NCBI GenBank assembly: GCA_043228905.1
Contig: JBHGNT010000004.1
Coordinates: 10,788,001-10,852,000 of the forward strand
From: Azolla caroliniana
Taxonomy: Eukaryota; Plantae; Polypodiophyta
Length of the DNA stretch: 64,000 nucleotides
Direction: 5' to 3'
Under the pieces are notes generated by a model. It was not told the origin of the DNA. It saw nothing but the letters and a program-made list of their open reading frames with translations, and did not search any database. The position numbers and the translations under genes are program-made. Of the stretch, positions 1-11,900 are shown piece by piece (the first letter of the stretch is position 1; each line of letters starts with the position of its first letter).

Positions 1-457
1 AGCTGGCCTGGAGGACATTATTATTGCAAGAATTTGAATTTAAGATCTATCACCGGCCGGGTATACAACATGTGGTTGCCGATTACTTGAGCCGATTAGA
101 ATCTGGTTAGACCGGTGACGGTGTTTAAGATGAATTTCTGGACGCCGCATTGTTTAAAATTACAGCAGAAACCACGGTAGATGGTACAGTCGCAGACGAG
201 GACAAATGGCTAACGAATATGCACCAGTTTTTAAGCACCGGACTACCCCTAGAGGAGATGAATGTAAACGGTTGGCGGTGCAAAGCCGACACTTTTGTCT
301 AGTGCAGGATACCCTGTATCATAAAGGAGTGGACGGCATATGGCGGCGAGCGGTCCGGAGTGATGAAAAAGACACCATTTTACGGGAAGCGCATTGTGGG
401 GTTGCTAGAGGACATTATGCCGGTGAAGCTACGGCAAGGAAAATATGGTGCAGCGGC

Positions 458-1032
458 TGTCAGGAATAGTACTAAGCAGAGATGGAATTAGTACTAAAGA
501 AGAGCAGTACTATTAGTACTAAGAGGACGGGACCGTGTAAGACTCCCGAGAGAGAGAGAAAGAGAGATAGCAAGGATGAGAGAGAGAGAGAGAGATTATG
601 ATAACAACCAATATATTATGTGAAGGATAAGTACAAAATGGCTAAGAGGCTTAAGACTGGCGTTGAACCAATTTGGTTCAACATAATGCCTAGTGCCTTC
701 TTTTATAGTGTTGTCAGGAGTAATCCTGAAACTTCTAGAATGTTCCAGAGAAATCTGGAATATACATTACTTTCTTATAATAAAACATAAATGAAAATAA
801 TATCCTATGAATTACAATAGATAGTGTGATGGTTAAGAGCTCGACCCATATACCATAAGGTTAAGGGTTCGAGTCTTGCCATATCATGACACTGAAATCT
901 AGAATATACATTACTTTCTTATAATAAAACATAAATGAAAATAATATCCTAAGTACAATAGATGGTGTGATGGTTAAGAGCTCGACCCATATACCATAAG
1001 GTTAAGGGTTCGAGTCTTGCCATATCATGACA
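458..1032 (-). mobile_element. Solo-LTR-like insertion (TGTCA...TGACA) interrupting the integrase zinc-finger region
   Basis: Integrase sequence stops at ...cagcggc (457) and resumes at ctggcttatc (1033). TG..CA ends, AG microsatellite, reverse TATA at ~701, and an internal ~143-bp tandem duplication. TSD is imperfect (cggc / c-tggc). Confidence 0.75.
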
Positions 1033-3060
1033 CTGGCTTATCGTGGCCAACGACGCTAAAAGACTCAGTCCAATATACGAAGGAATGTGATCTGTGTCAA
1101 AGAATGGGCCAGCCAACGGAACAAGCGCGCATGCCGCACCAGCAGGTACTACCTCTAGAGCCCTTCCAGAAATGGGGGTTGGACTTCGTTGAACCATTCA
1201 AGCCACCGACAATGCGAACCGGCAACAAGTACATAATTGTCACCACAAATTACTGTACAAAATGGGTGGAAGCCAAGGCACTATGGGACAATACCACGGT
1301 GTCAACGGCAAAGTTCCTGTACAAGTACATCTGGTCCCAGTATGGATGTCCAATCGAATTAATCAGTGACCAAGGTGGACACTTCCTCGGCCAAGTGGTG
1401 GAAAGTCTAACAACGTTTTATGCGGTCGTACACAAGCGAAGCACCCCTTATTACCCACAGGCCAATGGATTGGCCGAGTCCACCAATAAAACTCTGCAGA
1501 ACATTCTCCGGAAGATCGTCAATGAGAACTGAACCGATTGGGATACAAAGTTGCACAACGCGTTATGGGCTTACCAGACGACATACAAAACAAGTATCCG
1601 GACAACACCATTCTGGTTATCGTTTGGTCTCGACGCGGTGATGCCAATTGAGTTCAAGGTTCCAAGCTTACGAATACAAGTTTGGGAGCGGCTGAGCGAG
1701 GAGTCAGAAAAAATCCGGTTATCAGCACTATGCGAGCTGGAGGAGCACTGAATAGCGAGCCTAATGCAGATGGAACTTGAGCAACAATGAAGGAAAGCAT
1801 TTGTTGACCGCCACCGAAAGGGTAACAAGAAGATGTTTGGCATCGGCAAGCCGTTACTAGTGTTCCAGACCCGGATGGGCAAGATGCCGGGAAGCTACGG
1901 TTCCGGTGGACCAGACCATATTGGATAACGTGAGAGTTCAACATCTCATATCAGCTGGGAACATTAGCTGGCGAGGTGCTGGACAAGTGGGTAAATGGGT
2001 TCCGACTTAAACCATATTATGGACCCATGCCATAGAACCTGTTTCATCAACTGGAGAACAATGCGGAAATAGGTAGTGGCAAACAGTTGGTCGGCAACCA
2101 TGACGAACAACAGACATGGGAGTTGGGGTTACCGGGTAATCGGAACTAAAAACAAAAAGAAAACAAAAAAAAGAAGATCATCATGCAGAGGCGAGGAACG
2201 AATGGACACCTCGAAAAGGTGTAGTGGCTATTTAAAGCCTAGTTAAAGCGCACCACGTGTCACACAGTTGCTATTAAAGTACACGACGTGCATGTGCGGG
2301 AATCGAGAAAGGTGCCAAGCATGGGAACAAGAAACCTCCGCCTCACAGAGTCTCTTTCATTTCACGAACATAGAGCACTGAGCGCACAAAGGACAATACA
2401 AGTGAACATACGAACACAAGAAGCACAGACAAACACATCGGCCCTACCTACCCCCGCAGAACCAGAAGACGAGATGGAACCTATGGCACTCTTTGAAACA
2501 GCCAAGAAGTGGTTCAACCAACATGGGCTAGGAGGCTTCCTGAGGATAGTAGAGGCACCGCCGCACGACAAAGTAGAAGAAGTTGTGCAGAAAATCGACA
2601 CGGAGGTCATAACGAAGGAAGCCATCCGCACGCTAATCGGAATACTGGAAGGGGGTATCTACTCGATCAAGAACCCTTCTCCTGAAACTCTAACCATGTT
2701 TTTTGGCAAGTATTTTCCCTCGCTAGTAAGTCTCACCGGACACAGGGCGGCGAGGACCCCCTATTCAAAGAAGTGGATCATGTCCTCCACGAGTATCGGT
2801 TCGTGTACCCCTGACCCCCAGCAATGCCAAAGAACAAAGCCGGTTTCATCATTGCTACGTACACAGGGGTGCAAGTGGGTTGGTCGGTAATCATCACTGA
2901 TTGCTTGCGGATGGCGATAGAATCAGTGCAGAACGGCAAGAAATTATGGACGGTCGTGGCTCAATGGCTGACTCTTTTGGCACCATCGGTGGAGCCGATA
3001 AGGACTAAGAAGTGGGTTCGAGTAACGGAGACCACGCCTAACAAACCTTCAAAATCGAAC

Positions 3061-3360
3061 CAACTTCTGGCCAAGCACACGCCTAGATGGAAAGAGGGTA
3101 GTACCTCATAGCAAGGGAAAGAACAACCTAGCCGAAAGAGGCAAGCAGAGACAGAGACACTGGTAGAGCCACCAGTAAGGCCTCTGAAAATCAAGTTGCG
3201 CCGACAGGAACAACTTCTGGCCAAGCACACGCCTAGATGGAAAGAGGGCAGTACCTCATAGCAAGAGAAAGAACAACCTAGCCGAAAGAGGCAAGTAGAG
3301 ACAGAGACACTGGTAGAGCCACCAGTAAGGCCTCTGAAAATCAAGTTGCGCCGACAGGAA
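3061..3360 (+). repeat. Near-perfect 150-bp tandem duplication in the decayed extra ORF
   Basis: caacttctggccaagcac...ccgacaggaa occurs at 3061-3210 and 3211-3360. Confidence 0.95.
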
Positions 3361-5447
3361 CAAGACTTGGACCCCTTGGCAACGAAAATCAATATCAGGA
3401 CCCAAGAGGAGGAGGCGGAGGAAGACCCCGCCGATAACCTCCTACGTCGCTAGAAGCATAGCGACACGGAGCAGAAGGGGGACGAATTGGGTCCGGTGAA
3501 GGACAGTGCACCGACACCCCGCTCCGAGGGACCGGAGCCAAGGAAGGAGGCGGAACCGGTTCAACCAAAACCGATGGAAGAGTTACCTGTGCGGCAAGAA
3601 GCAGCAGTGCTGGTGGTCCAAGAACCGGTGATTGAATTGCCTACCTCACCTGGGCAGCAGGCACAACAAGAGCAAGAGTTGTCGCTACTGTCAACAATCC
3701 AAAAAGGGCTTCCGGCGAGAACAGAGGTCACACCACAACCAGAACCAACACGACATAAAGGCACCGACAGTCAATGGCTACGGTGGATCGGCGAGTAGGT
3801 GGCTGGGGTTGTGTGCCAAATAGAAATGGAGGAGAGAGCACAGGGGGACCGGTTGTTCACCACAACCGAAGAACTTGAGAAGGCTCGGTTGAGAATCTGG
3901 AGCATGGAAGAAGAAATTGTGCAGGCCAAAGTAGGGGTGGCTAAGCAGGTCACAGAAGGACCAAGACTACCAGAACCGGTGGCTCCGGGGAATGAACAGA
4001 CTGATCAGGTGTCAGTAACTGAAATAGCACCGTGTGCAAATAAGGCACAAGAACAAGAACTCACCACTCTCAGAGAGGAATTGGCAACCCAAGTGGCCTT
4101 AAGGGCTAGAGAATGAGATCCGAAGAAGGCAGCGGATGAAGAACAACGAAAAACGACAGAGAACCTCCGAAGAGTCGAAGACAATTTACGAAAAGGTCAT
4201 CAAGCATATGACCGATTGAAGGAAGAAAAAGACAAGTTGTTGCAAGAAAGGGAGAAACTCTGGCGATTGGCAGAAGTCGAGATTGAGCGGCTCCAAGAAG
4301 AACTCCGACAACAGAAGGACCAGGAGGACCGGGCCCGACGCCAAATCAACTAGAGGCTGAAACAGAAAATGGAGGATTTTGACAGGTTGCACTGGGATCA
4401 CAAGCACCTAGAGGCGGAACACAAGAAATTGATGGTAGAAGGTGACCGACAGCAAGAAAAGATTCGGGAACTCGGGGATGAAGTCCACAGGATGACAACG
4501 GCCTTGGCGGAGGAAAGGACCAAGGGAGTCGAAGCGGCAAAGATGTTGGCAAAAGCGGTGAAAGACAAACTGGAGCTTACCTGGCAGCATCATGAGGAGA
4601 TGGAACGAGCAAAGATGGTTCTAAACAGAGTTCAGACGACTTATTAGACACAACTGATGCAATATAAGGGACAAGCTGAGGCAACCGCGATCCTCATAAA
4701 ACAATTAAAGGATGAAAAGTAGGCCGCATAGGAGAAGTCAAAGATGGGACTTGACTGTATCTGAGATATTGTACTGACATGGAAGGACCGGACGAAGAAG
4801 TTAGTTGAAGAAAGTTCAGTACAATGGTGGTCCAAATGGGCAAAGCAGGCAACCGAGTTGCAGGTCTTGCGAGCGGATGCAGAGAACCGGCAAAAGGACA
4901 ACGATAACTTCTACAAACTTGACGCGGAAAGCGTTGTGACCATACGGGAGGAGTTATCGGATGACTTCTTGTCCTTGGCCGGAGAACAACTGGCGGCGGT
5001 GGGCCGGCTGGTGGAACAGTTGGATGACAACCAGCTGGATACCCAACTCCAGTTTGAGCGTTATGAACATGAGCAGAGACAACAAATGGAGCCTAGAAGA
5101 ACGGTGGCAATTAACATTAGTGACGAAGAGAAATCTCCGGAGCACACGCCAAATGCAGCCGAAACCGGAGAAAGCCAGACAAAAGTCGCTCAAGAGGAGC
5201 AGCCAAAGGTAGCCGACCTGAAAGAACTAGTGCCACTCGGAGATCAGGAGCAGGAGGAGCCCAGAACAGATGAGTCAGAGATGGAAGCCCGGAAGGGACT
5301 GGAGCTGGAAGGGATGAAAACCGGATAGGAGGAGCAGGCCAGAGATTAACAGCAATAGCAGCCACAACAACAAACATAGCAACTACCCAAAGAACCTCTA
5401 GAACCCTTGGACCAAAGCATAGATCCCATCGTGGTCGCCAAAAACTG

Positions 5448-5917
5448 TGTTATCCCTTAGGCTAGACAAGCCCTAACACAGGGTGTCCCTATGGAACACT
5501 TCACCAAAGTGTGGTACGGGAAGATATGGATGGACCATGATATCGAATGGGTCTTAACCGGTTACTAACCGGCACTATTAATTAGTCATAACACACGCGT
5601 AAGATTAATTATATTAACCACAGGACGGTAACCAGATAGACACTAAACATACGGAAACAACAACACTTCTATTAATTATCCGTCATTGATTACATTCTTG
5701 TTGGGTCCTTTTATAGGTCTCCGACTGAGTTACAAACCATGCCAACCGGCAATCGGCAACGATCCGGTCCGGATCCGAATCGACATACCGATTCTGGGTC
5801 CGTCCGTTCGCTTCTGAAAATAGCATAATACTTATTAATTTCAACTCCCTATTCCTAATTAAATACCCCTTTTACATTCTGGACTCTAACCGGCCCTTTT
5901 TGCCTTGCCGGCCAACA
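5448..5917 (-). repeat. Full Gypsy-family LTR in inverted orientation, with a tRNA-Arg(UCG)-type PBS at 5424-5440
   Basis: Its reverse complement aligns at both ends with LTR 8523-8942 (tgtt..ggccggcaagg start; ctttggtgaagtgt...ataaca end). On the minus strand it is followed by cagtttt TGGCGACCACGATGGGA. Confidence 0.88.
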
Positions 5918-6099
5918 TCATTCATCTACATCGGATGATTAGCATGTCCTGCATCATTTATTTCCATAGGGCAAGATCTTTTTCCTCAAACTTCCTGATT
6001 TCACAACCGATGTTGGATGTTGAAGCCATAGTTCTTGTGGAAGAATGTATTTGGCCTGATATTTTCCTTCTTCTTGTGTTGATGCTGCTCAATTCCAAC

Positions 6100-6500
6100 A
6101 AGCTCTAATACCATTATGCTCTAATACCATTCTTATATCAATTAGAGTCGTCATTTTATGGGGGAGTTTGTTGGGCTAAAAGTCCTACTTCCAACCGTTA
6201 TACTTCTAGTGTGAAATCTCTCATAGAGTTAGGGCTAAGCCCAATCATGTATAAATAAGAGGTACTCCTCTTTGTACAGACTAACAAATGTAGAATAATG
6301 CAGTTCTTCTCTTTGCCTTACAACTGTGTAACTGTTTCTCTCTCTGTGCATATCGTGTAACAGAACAATGATCACAACACCTCATGCTTACTCTACACTT
6401 GCTTGCTTCACATCAACAACATCTCCACACTTGCTTCCGCACAGTCGATCAACAAACTACATACAGTAGTCGACTAGACACTACAAGTGGCATCGAGATC
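6100..6500. mobile_element. Copia-type LTR/PBS remnants
   Basis: Two tandem gctctaatacca (reverse of a degenerate tRNA-Met PBS), PPT gggggagtt followed by TGTTGG (~6169), TATAAATA, and a PBS-like tggcatcgag after ...actaca. Confidence 0.45.
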
Positions 6501-8522
6501 ATGTGATAGTAAAGCTTCAGTACTAATTTTTAGATTCAAGTATTGAATGATGGGTTCGATGATGTGTTCATTTATAATAAAAAATGATCATTGTTTTAGT
6601 TTCAGATCATACACTCTATATGTTGCTTTTAAAAGGATGGCATTACAACATTGATGTATTCATTTAGCCTACAAATATGACTTTATAGCAATGACATTTT
6701 TCTCACAATGCAAATAGTGGAAAGGGCAATGCTTTGTAGGAATTTTATATGCATATATTGGATGGGCTTGTGGTACCGCCTTCTTGAAAATTAAATTGCA
6801 AGACTTATATTATAATCAAGCTCTTAGTTTTGTAAGGTTAATACTATGCCATGGTTGTATTTTCACAACATTGCAAAACATGTTGCTATCAATATATCTC
6901 AACTTGTAACTACATTCAATTTACTATCAATTGCTCACTTTTGATAATCGTCTATGAAGGACACTTGCTCATGCGAATGCAAATGTATTTGGATGCACAT
7001 CACACAAAGGATTTTCCATGCATGTAGGCCATTTGGTTTTGACACAATATGATAATGCAAGGTATATTGTCTATCGGAATTTGTATGATCTATTTGAACC
7101 AATGTAGACATTGATTTTTAATTTGGCTTTTGACAATGACATTTGTTATTCAATTACATGTATGTTGATTAATCGCTTGTAATGTATATGGTCACATGTC
7201 TTCTTCAATATTGTATATGCTTACATGTCTACAAGTATCAATAACATTATATCATTTAATGCACATATTATTACGTTTGAGCATAATTGCATATAGTTCA
7301 TAGCTCATTCATTTTCTCTTTTGAAAGTCTTTACATATGCAACTTTCCTTACAAACAAAGACAAAAAAAGATATTTTTCCATTATGATGATCCTACTTGA
7401 GAAGGAGGTGTTTGGCGTTTGGGATATGTATCATTGATGAAATTTCCTTTTCATTGGAGGAATCTCAAATGACACATTTCTTTTCATATATTGGCTATTT
7501 GTGGTATCTCTTCTCACGATGCATGGAATGCCAAATTATATGAGATTACATTTCCTTTCCAATGAACAAATCGTCACTACCAAACAACATTGATCTCTTA
7601 TGGCATCTAGCTCTTCTCGAAAACAAGCATTTCAAACCTTCAAGATTTTTATGCAGTATTCAACACCAATATTTATTAGCTTATAGCGGTATGAAAATTT
7701 TGTTATCCATTGTTCTCTTGTAGGGACAAAAGAATTGCCACATGTCGAACACATCAATTATTGGGTATTCTCAAGTAGTTCCGCTTACTTCTTAACAAAT
7801 GATAGTAAATTGTGGCACTTGTTTGTTGTCACTCTCTCAATCCCTTTGCACCAAGTTATTGAACTAGTACAAGGCATTGTTTGAGAAATATCATCCTACA
7901 ACAAGTTGACATGTGAGCTTAGTTTGTGGGCATTATCAAAGTGACCTTGACAAGTAGTACATGTGATGCATAGTTTGGATCGACAAATTTCTTCCTTGAA
8001 TCTTTGGCACTAACCAAAAGGAAAGCTAAAATTTAAGGATGTTGATATCTAGAGAAACCATTCAGAGAAATTTGGTGGTGCTAGAATGTGAGGCCTATGT
8101 AACTTTGTTGTGCACGTGTTTGATGCATTGTAAATGACATCAAACACGTGCTTTGAAAAAGGACATGGAGGAAAATGAAATCACTTTAATAAGTTCTCTT
8201 TGTAGGGAACAAATGAGTCTTGAAGAATTTCTATTTATCTTCATAATATGAAATATCTCTCATTACATAGATAAGGAAGAAGACACACATCAAGATAAGT
8301 TGTGAAACTCAAGTCCCATGTGTCAATATTGGCCTCTTTATGGGTGCTAAAAGAAAATCAATCAATCATTCAATTCAGGAATATGATTCAATGTCGAGCT
8401 CTATTACCCTGATATTGCTTTCACTTTAAAGATTTCCATTTATACTTATTTAAGGATTTGAGGAGCAAAAGCGAAACATCCCATTTATGTTGAACTTTAG
8501 TATGGATGCAATTCAATATCTC

Positions 8523-8942
8523 TGTTACCGGCCGGCAAGGAGTCCAAAATACGGAGTGAAGGAATTAATTAGATATGGTTGTATATGAGCATAGTGTGGA
8601 CGGACGGACTGGAAACGGTATGCCGTTCCAGATCCGGACGGATTCCGAATAGGTGCGAGAGGCACCGTTTTGTACTACGGGCCGGAAACCTATTTAAAGG
8701 CCCGGACCCTATTGTAATGACAGCGGATAATTAATAGAGATTCTGATGTTTATACTTCTGTCTTGATTTCCGTTCTGTAATCACTGTTATATCTTACGCG
8801 TGTAATTAACCAAAGCAATCTAATTGTGTAACCTACGTAAGTCGGTGTAATCGTTGAATCTTAATCCTATGCCGTAATCACCCTTTGGTGAAGTGTCTCC
8901 GTGACACCTTGTGTTAGGCCTTGTCCGGCTAAGCGAATAACA
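8523..8942 (+). repeat. 5' LTR
   Basis: tgttaccggc...gcgaataaca; TATA-like ctatttaaa at ~8690; direct repeat of 17986-18405. Confidence 0.97.
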
Positions 8943-8948
8943 CAGTTT

Positions 8949-8959
8949 TGGCGACCACG
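8949..8959 (+). promoter_or_regulatory. Primer-binding site TGGCGACCACG (tRNA-Arg UCG-type)
   Basis: Lies 6 nt after the 5' LTR; complementary to the recalled plant tRNA-Arg 3' end ...GTGGTCG-CCA. Confidence 0.8.
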
Positions 8960-8993
8960 ATTCCTGCTTACTCGCAGCGAACGACGGTAATGG

Positions 8994-11900
8994 ATGACTA
9001 GACCAACGCACGACTTGGTTACAGACCGAGCTCGACGCATCGCCGAACGGCAAAGACGGCGTGAGACTTTCCAGCAAGCAGCGCAGGAAATTCGCTCGGA
9101 TCGTTCGTTCTCCAACGAGATCCGGAGAGTCGCGGAGGAATCTCTCCGGTTACGGCAAACTCGCAACCAGGACGACGGAAGCAGTCTAAGTAGTCTCCGG
9201 GAAACCGAACGACTCCTGGAGGCGCTGGCAAGCGGAGAAAACGAGGCAGAAGCCTTTTCAGCCTACGAATCGGATTCCGAAGGGGGATACAGCGTGCACA
9301 CGAACTACCGGAGCAGCAACGATACCCCCGGCGGCCCGGAAGACGACGGGTCGGATAACGTGCCGACTCCAGAACCGGAACCGCTCAACCAGGGCCATCC
9401 GGAACCGCAAACGGAAGCCGTCAACCCACCAACACCGGAAGTGGAACAAGCAAAGCCACCAACACCAACGAAAGGGCCGGCAAAGGTACCGGAAGAAGAG
9501 CCGGAAAAAGAACCGGAAGAAGGACCGGCAAAAGAACCGGAAGTGGAACCGGAGAAAGAACCGGAAAAATATCAACAAACGCCACTAAACCGCGGCTTAA
9601 TACTGGACGACGACATGCCGTTCCAATACTCCAAGTACCGCGATGATCCGGATGCGGAAGCGCATGTGGATGACTTCGAGCAGACATGGGAAGCAAATCA
9701 CACGTCCCAGCGAATGACACCGGAGGAAGAAGAACGCTCGAAGATAGCGGAATTCGGAGTCACGTTGGAGGGACCAGCGACACGATGGCGGCGGTCGCAG
9801 GACCCGGCGACCATCACAACATTTGCAGAATTAAAAGCAAAATTCTTGCATTTTTTCCACAAGGAGGTCGACCAGACGACAATGGTGGGGCTGTTTTATA
9901 CGATCCGGCAGGAGGCAGGGGAAAGCATTCCCCAATTCGTCATCCGTTTCCAACGAATGCATAGCCAGCTTGCCCGTGCACCCCCGGAGGAGGAATTACG
10001 GACGATATTTTTAAACGCACTCCGGGAACCGTTACGCACGGTGTGTACGGTGATCGACTTTCGAGGATGCACCATCGATCAGGTCATTGATCGGGTCAGA
10101 GAAATGGAAAAGACAAGCTCATGGCTTACGCTGGGAACACTGCAACGGGCGTTACCCACCGAGGAAGATCTCCGGTTCCGGCAGGCAATTCAATGCACAA
10201 TCTGCTTGAATGCCGGACACTCGGCAGTAGAGTGCACCATGCGCACTCAGTGTGTGATTTGTCAATCCAAGAGTCATACAACGGACCGGTGCGAGTACAA
10301 CCTGTTAAATCGACAAGCACCACCCGTCCGACGGATCGAGCCAAGAAGCAGCCGAGACGAAGATGACGATCGTTGGCAAAGAGGGAACCGGTACCCACCG
10401 GCACAAGATGTCCGGTACGGAGACAGGCAAGAGAATGATGGCCGGTTCGGGAATCGGCGTGATAACTACGACCGGTATGAGCGATCGGACCGTTATCGGG
10501 AGCCCAACAGGCGACACGAGCAATACGATAGAGACCATTCCCCTGGTTACCGAAGGCACCAGGAGGACTACGGCCGATGTTACGATCCACCACGGCCGGA
10601 CTACCGAAATAAACATAAGAATAATAAGAAACGTAACTTCAAGAAAGGTGGTCACCCTAGGGACCCGGAACATGGAATCCCAAGGAGCCAACCGGCACAG
10701 AACCCACCACTCGCTACGGGACCAACTCCGGCTACCAGCAATGCTGAATCCAGCAATACCCGTAAAGAGTACTGCTACTACTGCAGGCAGGAAGGCCACT
10801 ACAGTAACCAGTGCCCGGTAAAGAGCTACGAGAAACGACCAGCAGTTAATATGGTGGTTCCGGAAGTGACGGATGTACAGCAAGTAACCACACGGTCGAA
10901 AGGCATGGCCAAAGAGTGGGAAACACAAGAGGCCATACGAAGGCAGGCGACGGAATGGGTGAAGGAAGCCAATGAAAAGAACGTCGCGGACGCGGAACGG
11001 CAAAAGGCAAATACCATAGGGAGTGCCGGCGGTAGCCACCCAGAAAACGAGACATGGCAAGCACTGCAAGAATGTCAGATCACGTTGCCGTTAGGAAGAC
11101 TCTTGCAGCTCGTGCCGCGATTTACGGAAGGGCTAAAAACGGGCGTGACAGACGGCATAGCCCCACCAGCACCAGTCCTCTTCTCGAACCCGGAAGAGGG
11201 ACCGACGGTAGTGGACACTAGCAGTCCGGTGATTACAGCTATTGTCAAAGGGCACGAACTTCCCGGCACAGTAATCGATGGAGGTTCCGGAGTGAACGTA
11301 ATAAGCCTCCGTACGTGTGATGCCTTGGGTATACATGAATGGGAGCCATGCCCGTTCTGGCTACGGATGGCGGATACGAGCTCGGTACGGCCGACGGGCT
11401 TAATACGGAAATTGGAAGTCACCATAGGAGGCCACACATTTCACATCTCGGCTGTAGTGCTGCAGCTACAGGCGCAAGGCGCGTACCCTCTGTTGCTGGG
11501 CAGACCATGGTTGAAAACAGCACACATCAAGCAAAATTGGCGGAAAAATATGATTACCTTCCGGCGCGGGAAAGCCAAGGTCCGGGTACCGACACAACCA
11601 CGAACGAGCAACGGTAAGGAATACACACCGCTGTACGCGGAATGCGTGAACATGCTTGAAGGGTTGGCAGACGACGAAGAAGCTCAGTACTTGGAGGAAC
11701 ACCCAAAGATCGTCCCACTCTTCGAGATCGACGTAGCTGAAGCCGTAGCCCCATACTTGCCGCAGCGGGACGACACCGAAGCCGAACCAGACAAAGATGC
11801 AATTCGGGAATTACGGCAAGCACAGGAAGCATTGGAACGGGAAATGGCCGTTTCCCAACGAGTAAAAGCATCCCAGCTCGACGAAGTAAACCTAGGAAGC

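Larger units (their letters stand above)
1..5420 (+). mobile_element. Decayed Ty3/Gypsy copy (RNase H end, integrase, extra 3' ORF) of the same family as 8523-18405; 5' part lies outside the window
   Basis: ORF fragments 206-469, 1017-1532 and 1551-1751 match the intact integrase (PFQKWGLDF, YYPQANGLAES). Fragments 2288-5328 match the extra ORF (KKWFNQHGLGGFL, WLRWIGE, LRADAENR). Many stops and frameshifts. Confidence 0.93.

Noticed and set aside
821-1027. Functional tRNA genes (also at 21320, 43635 and 56593)
   Set aside because: A/B boxes are visible, but no convincing acceptor or anticodon stems; reported only as tRNA-like modules.
6500-8522. AT-rich stretch with hints of decayed coding sequence on the minus strand (possible Helitron remnant)
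   Set aside because: No ORF or unambiguous motif could be read; it needs tBLASTx against TE proteins.
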